Shown: piece after piece, positions 18,602-28,344 of the stretch
Position numbering within the stretch: position 1 is the first letter of the stretch
Layout of the letters: every line of letters starts with the position of its first letter
DNA from: an uncultured Nitrososphaerota archaeon
GTDB lineage: Archaea; Korarchaeota; Korarchaeia; Korarchaeales; Korarchaeaceae
NCBI GenBank assembly: GCA_964618805.1
Contig: CAZUBM010000002.1
Location: 1 to 55,312 of the forward strand
DNA length: 55,312 bases
Direction: 5' to 3'
Notes under the pieces: model-generated
The model's database searches: none
The model's input: only the letters and a program-made list of their open reading frames with translations
What the model was told of the DNA's origin: nothing
Program-made: the position numbers and the translations under genes

Positions 18602-19288
18602 TTGGAAACAGTAATATATGGGCTCAAGCTCTTTTCTCTGATGATTGAGGGATTTTATGCAGATAGGGGAGGGCTTACTAGGTTATGGTCAGCGGTTATC
18701 GTAGCAGCGATCCTTTTTATCGTTGCCATAAGCGCTTCTTTTCTATGGATAAAGAAAACTAGGCCTTTCATGCCCTCACCTGAGGAAGAAGTAGTGGAAT
18801 TTGGCAACCTAACGAGAAAAAGGACAGTTATAGAAGTTGAAGCAGAAGGAATTATCCTTCACTTTCGGAATGAGTCTTTTTGGGGAGAAGATCAATTCTC
18901 AAAAATTCTAGAAAGAAAGGAAGAGTTCAAGAAAGAACTTATTGAGCAATTCAACCAAAGCCTATTGGAGTATGGGGAGAGAAATGAGCATGCAATTAAA
19001 GCAGAGATAAAGTTTGACGAAGCTAAAAGATCAACAATTTTTGAATGTGATGTTGTTGGTGCGGTATCAAAGAGCGGAAACAGTTATCATGCAACTTTTA
19101 GATGGCTTTTAGGACCTCTTAACCTTGACTTCATCGATGGCAATTTTCAGCACACTAAAAATGGCCTTCTATGGGAAGGTTCCATATCTGGAGTTCCAAC
19201 AAAGGTGATCCTAATATTTCCAGTCGCAGTTCCGGCTTGGGGGCAGCCAAACGGTCATTGCCATGCACACGTTTGGTGGCAGGCATAA
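18602..19288 (+). CDS. Hypothetical exported or membrane-anchored protein with a C-terminal HCHAH motif
   Basis: RGG followed by a hydrophobic helix; ends NGHCHAHVWWQA. True start is probably downstream of 18602. Confidence 0.65.
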   Translation: METVIYGLKLFSLMIEGFYADRGGLTRLWSAVIVAAILFIVAISASFLWIKKTRPFMPSPEEEVVEFGNLTRKRTVIEVEAEGIILHFRNESFWGEDQFSKILERKEEFKKELIEQFNQSLLEYGERNEHAIKAEIKFDEAKRSTIFECDVVGAVSKSGNSYHATFRWLLGPLNLDFIDGNFQHTKNGLLWEGSISGVPTKVILIFPVAVPAWGQPNGHCHAHVWWQA

Positions 19289-19418
19289 GAAGGCACACAA
19301 GCTAGCGCTATTCGTTACTAATTGCTTTTGGTGCTGATAGAGGACTATAGAAGCTCACAAGCCGGGGAAGGAAGAAGACTAAGCTATGATGCAAAAAATA
19401 GAAGGAAGGAGCGTTAAG

Positions 19419-20366
19419 CTATTTCCTCTTCAAGAGGATAAGAACGCCGATTATTACAATTACTAGGACTGCTATCCCTACAATTAGGGTTAATGGTACT
19501 TTCGCCCTTTCACCTGGAGCTGTTAGTGCAGGCGTCTCAGCAGCTCCTACCATCCCGTAAAACGTTGCTTTGTTACCAGCAGCATCCTCAGCAACAACTT
19601 TGTAGTAGACCGGAGCTTCTCCCTCCTTTATTATGTAGAACGGATAGCCTGTCTCGTAGGTAGGCCCGAAACGACTCCACGTTTGGTTATCCTTGGACCT
19701 GTAGAACTCGTACTTAAGAACCCCTAATCCCTCATCGCTCAGCACGTATTGTAGAACTGTCTCTCCATGCTGGACTTTAGGAGTTATTTTAGTTCTTGGA
19801 GGGGATGTGTCAGGCTCAACGTAGATTTTTATCAGCCTTTCCTCTCCAGCCTTCACAGTAGCTCTTAGCACGTAAATCCCCTTTCCATTGTGCGAGTAAG
19901 ATGAAATCAAATCTGCCCCTTCAACCGTCGGGCTTTCCGAGAATGATGAGAGTACTACAGGTATCTCTATGACCCTGTCCTCCTTGTAGTTGTTCCATGT
20001 GCGTATTGCCACTGCTGGTGAAGTTCCATCTGGCCACTGAAGGTAGCTAACCCCAAATGTGGCCAAAGCTTCAGATGATTCATTGCATTCAAGAGATCCA
20101 TCCGATCGCACGATTAGGGGCCAATAATGTCCCCTGTCACACCTCGGGTCCAGATAAAACCACTCACCGGAATCATACTGCAGAGCGTTTGTGATGAAGT
20201 TCAGTATTGGAGGCTCTCCTATGGTCTCTAAGTGGTCGGTATGAAGGTCCCTGCCAAGTATCAGAGTTACGTTTATGAGGTGGAAGAAATCCAATAATTT
20301 CTTAACCGTTATTTGGTGGGCCTTTTCTGGATTTGGATCTATCGGACCCTTATCCACACGCTCCAA
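19419..20366 (-). pseudogene. C-terminal part of a cell-surface protein
   Basis: DTSPP...YYKVVAEDAAGN Ig/Fn3-like module and a C-terminal TM with basic tail. No signal peptide or convincing start; the upstream region ends at the (GC)4 run at 20501. Confidence 0.55.
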
Positions 20367-20522
20367 CAGAGCTATCGAAGCCTTGTTCTACGACATCTAG
20401 CTGATATCTGCCCTTTTCGCTTGACATGTCCTCTGTTTTAGCTACCCAAACATCAAATTCTCCCCCATATATGGTGAAGCGGAACTGAACTATTCTAGGG
20501 GCGCGCGCTAATATTCTCTGGG

Positions 20523-21181
20523 GTGCCTGAGGGGAGGGTTATACCGAAAAGCCTGATAGGAGTGGCAAGGTCTTACCTTCATCCATCGGAGGAACCTGGA
20601 ATAGAAGAAGTGATGCAGGAAGTAAGAGATGTATTAAAAATCCTAACGGAAGGCCTGCAGCAAGCTGAAGAACCCGACTATCTGAAAATCCCAAGGGACT
20701 TCAGGATTATAGGAACCATAAACACGTTCGACAGGACCCTCCTTCGTTCGATGGTATTTGCCTTGCTCAGGTGCTTCTCTCACATCTTCATAGAGCCCCA
20801 ACAGACAAAGAAAACCTCGAGAGGGAGAGGGAGAAGGCCCTAAGTTTTGCCATAAAGACAGCCATAGTTGAGGATGAGGTGCTAAGAGATGCTGTTCAGG
20901 AGCTTAATGAGCTTGTTAGAGATATAAGGGGCATCGTCAGAAGGCCAATTGGAACCGGAACTGTATTGCAGGCGGCTTCCACAATAGGCTCGCTTAGATC
21001 CCAGGGAGTCGACGATAAGCTTCTTCTAGTATCAGGAGCATTCAGAATGGAGCTATTGCCTCAGCTTGAGGACATCTCTAAGACTCAATTTGACAACTTG
21101 AGGCGTATCTTGGACAGCAGGGGTTTGATGAATGAAAAGTTAGATTTGGTGCTTCGTGATCTATTTAAGGAATATTTCTAA
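20523..21181 (+). pseudogene. C-terminal relic of a McrB-like AAA+ protein, frameshifted
   Basis: IPRDFRIIGTINTFDR...FALLRCF matches the McrB-type GTMNxxD/ALRRRF region; Walker A and B are absent; continues in the overlapping ORF 20771-21181. Confidence 0.7.
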
Positions 21182-21325
21182 GAAATCTAAACAAAAGGAG
21201 GTACGATGGGCCCTTATTGAAATTACTTTGCCTTTGTCATTTTGCAATTTCGCAAGATTTATTTAATTTTAACGTAGACTTTAAATATCAAGAGGTCAAG
21301 GTATAGTGGGATACTTTTCTGGGAG

Positions 21326-22351
21326 TTGTACTTTTTGTCTAAGTCTAATACGTCCGTAAATGAGACCAAAGCCGCCACCAAAGGCAAGAAAAGTGGTAAG
21401 AAACCTCCATACTATGAGGAGAAGAAGAAGGTTTGCCCCAAGTGTGGCAGCACGAAAATAATCGTGGATCAAGAAAGAGGAGAGCTAGTTTGCACAGAAT
21501 GCGGATTGGTCATATCCAAAAGTCTTTTCTTAGAAGGGAAGGATTGGAGGGCTTTTAGTACCGAAGAATTCATGGATAGGGCGAGAGCAGGAGCTCCGGT
21601 TTCCCCTACCAGAACCGCTTATGGACTGGACACCAAGATTGCCTATTCGAAGGGCCTTAGCGGAAAGGCCATTAGGGCATTAAGAAGGACCAAGAAACAC
21701 GTCAGAAGTAGGAAAGAGAAGAGAGTCATGCCAGCACTGTTTAAGATAAGGGCAATAGCAGAACGCTTAGACCTTCCATCTCATACCGTCGAAGATGCTG
21801 CAAAGCTGTACAGGCTTGCCTCTTCCGCTGGCCTCGTCAAAGGAAGAAGCATGAACGCCATGGTTGCAGCTGTAATCTATGCATCATGCCGCAGGACTGA
21901 GGTTCCAAGGTTCCTACAAGAGATAGCATCTTTCTTCGACCTCACCGAGAAGGAAGTCGGAAGAAGCTTCAGATTCCTTTTCAGGAAGCTAGATGTTAGG
22001 ATACCACCGCCTAGACCAGAGATATATGTCACTAGAATAGTTTCAAAGCTAAAGCTTCCTCAAACCATTGTAACGAAATCTATAAGAATTCTAAGGCTAG
22101 CTAGAGAAGTAGGAGCTACTTTGGGAAGGGAGCCGGCAGGAGCAGCTGCAGGAGCAGTCTATCTTGCAACTCAGTTGGAGGGAATACAGAGGACCCAAAG
22201 GGAACTGGCTCAGGCCGTTTCAGTTACCGAAGTTACCGTTAGAAACAGGTATCGCGAATTTGTTGAAAAGGTAAAGCCCTTGCTTGAGAAGGAGGAAAAA
22301 GAGGCTGAAGAAGCAGAGGCAGTTTCAATCATGCCAGAACAGACAAATTGA
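21326..22351 (+). CDS. tfb: Transcription initiation factor IIB
   Basis: CPKCG...GELVCTECG zinc ribbon, WRAF B-reader, two cyclin folds, TQRELA...TEVTVRNRY; TTTAAATA upstream. Confidence 0.95.
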   Translation: MYFLSKSNTSVNETKAATKGKKSGKKPPYYEEKKKVCPKCGSTKIIVDQERGELVCTECGLVISKSLFLEGKDWRAFSTEEFMDRARAGAPVSPTRTAYGLDTKIAYSKGLSGKAIRALRRTKKHVRSRKEKRVMPALFKIRAIAERLDLPSHTVEDAAKLYRLASSAGLVKGRSMNAMVAAVIYASCRRTEVPRFLQEIASFFDLTEKEVGRSFRFLFRKLDVRIPPPRPEIYVTRIVSKLKLPQTIVTKSIRILRLAREVGATLGREPAGAAAGAVYLATQLEGIQRTQRELAQAVSVTEVTVRNRYREFVEKVKPLLEKEEKEAEEAEAVSIMPEQTN

Positions 22352-22558
22352 GCTTATTCTTTTAGCAAGAAGATTCTTCCATCCATGAGCCATAAAATAG
22401 ATTCTTTTGTCTCAAATTAATACTTCTCTTAGCACTATGAGGCCAAGAAGATATAAATCAGTATTTACTGACTTTTTCGAGGGAAGAGCTAAATAATTCG
22501 GCTAACAAAGATGAGCACGTATTTCATTTAAATTCCATCTCTAGAAAGCTTATATCCC

Positions 22559-23983
22559 TTAGCCTTCCAATTTAGCCTTCGATATATTATCAATTATGGC
22601 TATGAAGGACTTTTCCATAGTAGCAAGTCCTCCTGTCGGCCCTCCTTCACTAATGACTAAGTACTCGTTGGGAGCATGAGCTCTAGCTCCATGCCCGAGG
22701 CCTCCGCAAACAAACGGCAATTTGAGCTTATCTACGAAGACAGAAAACGGAGCACTCCCAGCTATTGTTGGCCAGATCTCAGGCTCCTTTCCAAACTCCC
22801 TAATCGACTTGATGAGTGCTTGTGAATACGGGTGTTTGTAGCTCATCCTCGCCCAGCCATATCCTTTCTCAAGCAGCCTTATCTTTAGCTCCTTGAATCC
22901 GTGCTTGTCCAAGTGCTTCCTGATCATGGGAATTATCTCATCTATCCTCATGTTTGGGACCAGCCTAACGTCAACCTTTGCAGTTATCTTATGGGGCAGC
23001 AAGGTTTTCGTCCCAGGTCCAGTGTATCCTCCCCAGATCCCATCTATGTTCAGTGTTGGGGAGAAAAGATAGAGTTTCAGGGCCTCAACTCCCTTTTTGT
23101 TTCCAATGAACCTCTCAACTTTGTTCACCTGCTTGAAAGTCTCCTCATTAAAAGTCTCTTTCAACTTTTCAAGGAGTTCGAGATCCTCCTCAGTTGGCAC
23201 AGCTACCTTATCGTAAAATCCCTCAACTAGCACTTTATTTCCGTCTTCAGATGTCATAGTCGCTAAAGCCTGTATGAACCTCCAGACTGGGCTGTCAACC
23301 CATGCCTTATTGCTTCCGTGTATTCCAAACTCTGTTGGACCTCTCCCCCAATCCTTCCCGTTCAGCTCAAGCTCGAAGTAAATTATCCCCTTAACTCCAA
23401 GGTAAATTATGGGCTTTCCATCAACATCCTCGCTTGGCCAAGGGAAGTAAAGGACATCTGCCCTCCTAAGCTCGTTTGAGTATAAATCAACGAAATCTGG
23501 CAGGTTCCTACTACCTAGCTCCTCTTCTCCCTCGATGACAAACAATAGGTTAACTGGAAGCTCTTCACCTGCCTCCTGAACGGATTTAACCGCATTTATG
23601 AATCCTGCTAGGGCTCCTTTAGTGTTATAGACTCCTCTAGCTATCATGACCTTGCCAAAAGGATCCATTTCAACTATTTCTCCTTTAAATGGATCCACTT
23701 TCCAGTTCGGCTCATCAGCTGGCATCGTATCGTACATCATGTAAACTAGCACGGTTCTTTCTGCTCCAGCATCGTACTCCCCGTAAACTACCGGATTTCC
23801 TTTTGTTTCAACTATCCTTGCTTTACAGCCGATCTCCTCCAAGTATCTTTTAACTAAGCTTGCGCAGCTCAATATTCCTCTGTTCTCTGGGGAAACTGAT
23901 ATTTGCCTAACTAGCTCTCTAACCCTCTCTATATGACCACCTATATCTTGATCTATCCGACTAAAGACCTTTGATCTGTCCAT
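22559..23983 (-). CDS. M20/M25/M40-family metallohydrolase (dipeptidase-like)
   Basis: YMMYDTMP, ARGVYNTKG, EGEEELGS, HAPNEY; the first metal ligands deviate from the usual H and DD. Confidence 0.88.
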   Translation of the reverse strand: MDRSKVFSRIDQDIGGHIERVRELVRQISVSPENRGILSCASLVKRYLEEIGCKARIVETKGNPVVYGEYDAGAERTVLVYMMYDTMPADEPNWKVDPFKGEIVEMDPFGKVMIARGVYNTKGALAGFINAVKSVQEAGEELPVNLLFVIEGEEELGSRNLPDFVDLYSNELRRADVLYFPWPSEDVDGKPIIYLGVKGIIYFELELNGKDWGRGPTEFGIHGSNKAWVDSPVWRFIQALATMTSEDGNKVLVEGFYDKVAVPTEEDLELLEKLKETFNEETFKQVNKVERFIGNKKGVEALKLYLFSPTLNIDGIWGGYTGPGTKTLLPHKITAKVDVRLVPNMRIDEIIPMIRKHLDKHGFKELKIRLLEKGYGWARMSYKHPYSQALIKSIREFGKEPEIWPTIAGSAPFSVFVDKLKLPFVCGGLGHGARAHAPNEYLVISEGGPTGGLATMEKSFIAIIDNISKAKLEG

Positions 23984-24080
23984 GCTGAGTTATGGAGCGC
24001 CTTAAATTCTTAAAGAAGATATCAAAGCCGTTTAAAACTCATCATTGCCTTAAATTGCTCATTTTTTGAGGTATAACTAA

Positions 24081-24106
24081 GGATGAAGGGTTAAGGGCCT
24101 TCATCC
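24081..24106. other. Perfect 9-bp hairpin (possible terminator or operator)
   Basis: GGATGAAGG-N8-CCTTCATCC between two minus-strand genes. Confidence 0.45.
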
Positions 24107-24160
24107 ATCCTCAGTCATAATTTTAGAGCCAAATGCAAACCTGTCCAACTTAGACTTTAA

Positions 24161-24901
24161 CTACCCACCCTTACAAAGCTCTCTTACCGGACATGAATTG
24201 CATCTATCCTTCCTACAATAGCCTTTGCCAAGTCTGACAAGGGATGATTCGAGTTCGACAAATTCCCTTATGGATCTTCCCATCTCGCTCCATGCTTCCA
24301 TGATCTCATCCCTTGCACCCTTTCTGTCCTCCTCCGAACTTGGGAGCTTCTCCAAGAGACCTAATTTGAAGGCAGACAGGCATGCAAGAGAAGAAAGCGG
24401 AGGATTTGCCTTTTTCCATATTCCTCTCATTTCTCTTAGGAAGATCTCAGCTGTGCCAGCGCCTATTCCCTTTGCTAGATCCATTATCCTGCTCTTGAGG
24501 TCCTCCGAATCTGCAGAAGACTCATGAAGGGCACTCAATGAACCTCCATACCTTCTTATCAGGTTTTTTGACATCTCGATAAGCTTCGTTGCTGTCTTGA
24601 AGTCGTATCTGGTGTAGCCTCCTTCATCCAAGAGGGAGACAAGTCCATCCCAACCCTTCTTGAGGATAAGCCTAGGCGTGATAAGGCCTTCCCTCATGAA
24701 AACGTGGAAGGTCTTCGTGGCCGAGCTCTCCCTTATTGGAGCTCCGTAAAGAATTGAGGCTAGGAACCACTTGAAAATCTCTTCTTCACTTAAGGATTCC
24801 AGCTCTATCCCGAGGGCTCTAGAAAAGGACCCTCCCAATCTTGTTGTCAGAACATCATATATCTTCTCAATCTTCTTCTCTCCTTCATACTGCTCTCTCA
24901 T
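24161..24901 (-). CDS. HhH-GPD/endonuclease III-related protein with a C-terminal Fe-S motif
   Basis: LAKGIGAGTAEIFLRE helix-hairpin-helix; C-terminal YCRKDRCNSCPVRELC. Confidence 0.75.
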   Translation of the reverse strand: MREQYEGEKKIEKIYDVLTTRLGGSFSRALGIELESLSEEEIFKWFLASILYGAPIRESSATKTFHVFMREGLITPRLILKKGWDGLVSLLDEGGYTRYDFKTATKLIEMSKNLIRRYGGSLSALHESSADSEDLKSRIMDLAKGIGAGTAEIFLREMRGIWKKANPPLSSLACLSAFKLGLLEKLPSSEEDRKGARDEIMEAWSEMGRSIREFVELESSLVRLGKGYCRKDRCNSCPVRELCKGG

Positions 24902-25063
24902 TCAAGCGCTTATTGAAGCCGGAAAATAATAAGACTTCCCGGCCAGAGATTCGAAAATTTGTGATTATAGCAGAAACTTGATCTTTCTGTAAGTTATGTG
25001 GCTAATGTTCGATTGAATTGATCCAATTCTCTGATAATCTATTACTTTGCAAAAAAGAGCGAG

Positions 25064-25456
25064 ATGGATTGTTTATTGGTTTTCGTCTCTCTTATCCTTT
25101 ACTCCTCACTCCTTGATAATCCAACTATCATCCTTGATGTGGATCTAAGCCTGAAAATGGCTCATCAAAGGCTTACAATTATGGTCAAGTACGGTCTTGG
25201 CATTCACGTAAAATCAAGCAAGCTAAAGATTGGAGGAGATATAGATCGCGTAGGCTTATTGACAATGAGAAGCTTAGATGCCAGGATTTACTTGAATCGA
25301 ACTAAGGAGGGATTTTGGTTCATCAATCTAACAGAAATAGGAGTATCGGGAGTTAATCATTTCTTACAAGACTATTTTATCCAATATAGTAGTGAAAGCG
25401 GGAAGCTAGAGCTCAGCGTATTGCTCGAGGTAGAAGTTGGGAGAACGATACGATAA
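25064..25456 (+). CDS. Hypothetical protein, possibly a fragment
   Basis: 130-codon ORF filling the gap; no motif recognised. Confidence 0.35.
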   Translation: MDCLLVFVSLILYSSLLDNPTIILDVDLSLKMAHQRLTIMVKYGLGIHVKSSKLKIGGDIDRVGLLTMRSLDARIYLNRTKEGFWFINLTEIGVSGVNHFLQDYFIQYSSESGKLELSVLLEVEVGRTIR

Positions 25457-25568
25457 GGGAATTAGAATACAGCTATATTTTCAAGGAATTACCATTATGA
25501 CAGAATTTTAGCTTTAATCGAATCCTTTTTAGCTAATGGAAGGGGAAAGAATCCCGGCTTTTATTTCG

Positions 25569-25814
25569 TCAAAGTGATCGAGTTGAAACTCTGATCAGAT
25601 AATAGATCAATGATATTATCGAGACTATTATTAGGATAGGTGAAGTTGCAAAGATGAAGTTTCCCTTTCTGTAAACGTACAATATGATTGAAGGAAGCTT
25701 TTCAATTTCAGGGATATACTTGAGTATAAGAGGTAGTAGAAGCAAGATTGCTCCTAATAGCATCAGAATCAACCCAAGTATGGTGAAAGGTCGGTAGAAC
25801 TCGGTCTCTAGCAT
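25569..25814 (-). CDS. Small two-TM membrane protein (DUF2905-like)
   Basis: TM - KLP.I....KGNF.F..SPI - TM pattern. Confidence 0.65.
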   Translation of the reverse strand: MLETEFYRPFTILGLILMLLGAILLLLPLILKYIPEIEKLPSIILYVYRKGNFIFATSPILIIVSIISLIYYLIRVSTRSL

Positions 25815-25970
25815 ACAAAATTCTTAGAGGGTTGATGATTTAAAAAGGCATGTGAAGCGAGTGAAACTTAGGATGACCTGATCCATAAAAAATTACTTAG
25901 TCTAAACTTGATATCAAATCCCTTTATGGTTAAAAATGAATGATTAGCTGAAGTCAAGCCAGCTGTTTTG

Positions 25971-28178
25971 CTACGGAGTAACTCCATGAGCCTTGAACAC
26001 GCTTTCTAACTTTTCTCTATCATAGGCTACTCCTGCTTCCTCAAGGCAATTTATCAGGTTCTTGTAGAACTCCTTTATGTTCTTTGGCGGGCTTCTCACT
26101 ACCCTTCCATTTGGATCTTTCTTCTCATTTATAGCGCACCATATGTGCTTGAAATCTATCGATACTCCGTCACTGTCTTGGTCATCTACACTGTTTGCTG
26201 GCCCATCAAACAGATCCCAAAGGATTCCCGCTATAGAAAGCTCCACGTCCTCGCCCTTGTTGGTGGCACTAATCCAGCTGTTGGAACTTTCATTCCAATA
26301 CTTCCCATTTTCAATGTCAAACCTGATGTCATCATCATTTCCAGGCTCCTTATCCCAATATTCTGGATCCTTCTGCTTTACAGCCATGGAGAAATGAGCC
26401 CATCCCTCAGATAAAGCAAGTTCCCTTCCTTTCTCCTCAGCAAGGGATTTTAACTTGTTCTTAATTGGTTCTGGAACGTTTGGTGGGAGTCCTTTTGATT
26501 TAAGTTTATCCTCTGCTGCCTTAAGATATTCTTTGTACTTTCTCTCTATCAGATGCTCATCTATCCAATGTCCTCCTCCCGAGAGCTCCTTTTTAGCCTT
26601 CTCGTGCCAGATATAATGATCAAACTCGTGGAGTATTACGTCAGTATCCCAAACATCCGATTTCAAAAGCGTTATCGTGTTAGTGCACCAGGAGTAATAG
26701 GAGCCGCTCCCAAATCTTATCCCAGGAATCTCTATTTCTGCACCATGACCTTGAGTTCCTATCATCTGGATTAGCTTGAGCTTTCCGTATACGAACTGCA
26801 GTTGGATCCAGATCTCTTGCAACTTATCTATGTGGCCTTGAATTTTATTCTTGAGGTCTTGGGTCGAAGCAGCATCTTTTGCCTTGCCAAGTGTTTCTAC
26901 AATCTTCTCGATCTCTGCTTTTACCTTCTCGATCCCCTCTATTGCCTTATCTATGTCCTTAAAAGCAACTAGATCAGTAAGAGGGTAAGCGAGGTCGGAT
27001 CCAGCATAAAGCACTCTTGTACTTGCATTAGCAAGTAGATCCTTTAGCTTCCCGGTCTGTCCCTCGGATAAGCTCTTCAGATCCTCATATATCTTAAGCA
27101 GCCAGTCTATCTTCTCCTTTATCGCCTTTACCTCGGGGACAAATTCCTCTTTAATGGATCCATTTGAGAAGACAAAACCCTTCTTTTCACTAACTCCTTT
27201 TTCATCAACAAGCGTTAGGGAAATAACTAGGGGCATTGAGAGGATCTCTGGTTCATATTGATGTTCCACAACCGGTCCTCTGGCTGCTTTCCCATCCCCG
27301 AATTCCCAGTACCATTCAGCGATCATTCCGTCAGGATCATAGGATTCTGACGCATCAAACATGACATATCCCGTCTCAGGATCGAACGAAATGACCTGAA
27401 CATGGGGGACTGGAGGTTGATCAACGTAAATCCTAACCGCTAACTCGCTAGTCTGTCCGATAAGGTCTGTAAGGGTTATCTTAATGGTGTACCATCCGCT
27501 TGGTAGCCCGTATGTGTCCCAAATTATTGCTCTCGTGGACCTTTCTATATCATAATCCGGATCAAACCCATCGTCCTCTCCAATAATTACCCATGAAGTT
27601 CCGTTCAAGTACTCGATCTTTGCTATCGGCAACAACGAACCCTTAACGTCTGAGACCTCAAAGGTGACTATACCCCCAACGACAGTACTCTCGGGCCTGA
27701 AGAGGTTGACTTCTGGCGATGGATAGGGTGTAGGTCCAACGAGCTTTCCATATGTTAAGTGCGCAAGTCTTGTAAGGTTCCTGTCACTTCCAGCTAGAAT
27801 CCAAACGACTTGGCCCTGACCATATGGGTTGAACACTAAGAATAACCCATAGTTCCCCTCTTTCTCCAAGTATTGCTTTACATCACCAGTTAGGAGCCGA
27901 TCTACTATAGATCCAATGCCTTCTGGGGCCTTATGGCCTCCAAGAATGACTATTATTGGGAACTCCTGAAAATTTTGGAATTCGTCTGCGGTAGCATGAA
28001 TTATCCTATATCCTCTGGCTTCTAAGCTGGATATGAAATCCTCTGCTAGAGAAAAATCTATCGAATTTGCTAGGATAACTATTATGTCCTCCTGTGCTTG
28101 ATTTATGAAGAAGTTGGATGGAAAGAGAGCTAGTACAATGATGAGGAGGAAAATCCACTTCCTGTTTAACTCTAACAT
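25971..28178 (-). CDS. Secreted multidomain protein: S-layer-like N-domain, PKD domain, gluzincin-like metallopeptidase
   Basis: Signal peptide; LANSID...ILGG.KAPEGIG; FDASESYDPDG.I.EW.WEFGDG (PKD); ILHEFDH followed by LSEGWA. Confidence 0.8.
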   Translation of the reverse strand: MLELNRKWIFLLIIVLALFPSNFFINQAQEDIIVILANSIDFSLAEDFISSLEARGYRIIHATADEFQNFQEFPIIVILGGHKAPEGIGSIVDRLLTGDVKQYLEKEGNYGLFLVFNPYGQGQVVWILAGSDRNLTRLAHLTYGKLVGPTPYPSPEVNLFRPESTVVGGIVTFEVSDVKGSLLPIAKIEYLNGTSWVIIGEDDGFDPDYDIERSTRAIIWDTYGLPSGWYTIKITLTDLIGQTSELAVRIYVDQPPVPHVQVISFDPETGYVMFDASESYDPDGMIAEWYWEFGDGKAARGPVVEHQYEPEILSMPLVISLTLVDEKGVSEKKGFVFSNGSIKEEFVPEVKAIKEKIDWLLKIYEDLKSLSEGQTGKLKDLLANASTRVLYAGSDLAYPLTDLVAFKDIDKAIEGIEKVKAEIEKIVETLGKAKDAASTQDLKNKIQGHIDKLQEIWIQLQFVYGKLKLIQMIGTQGHGAEIEIPGIRFGSGSYYSWCTNTITLLKSDVWDTDVILHEFDHYIWHEKAKKELSGGGHWIDEHLIERKYKEYLKAAEDKLKSKGLPPNVPEPIKNKLKSLAEEKGRELALSEGWAHFSMAVKQKDPEYWDKEPGNDDDIRFDIENGKYWNESSNSWISATNKGEDVELSIAGILWDLFDGPANSVDDQDSDGVSIDFKHIWCAINEKKDPNGRVVRSPPKNIKEFYKNLINCLEEAGVAYDREKLESVFKAHGVTP

Positions 28179-28344
28179 CTAGGCTCTAATGATCGACATC
28201 CTCAATATAAATAAGGAGTATAAGAAAGATTTGAAGATTTTTAATGATTTCAGGGCGACTTTCATCTTCTATCGAAGTTAGGACCCAAATAAATGCACAA
28301 GCTGGGCGATTTTTTATAGTAAGAATTTCAAGATATTCGGTGGA

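Noticed and set aside
24081-24106. IS200/IS605 end hairpin
   Set aside because: Single copy, with no tnpA or tnpB relic seen nearby.
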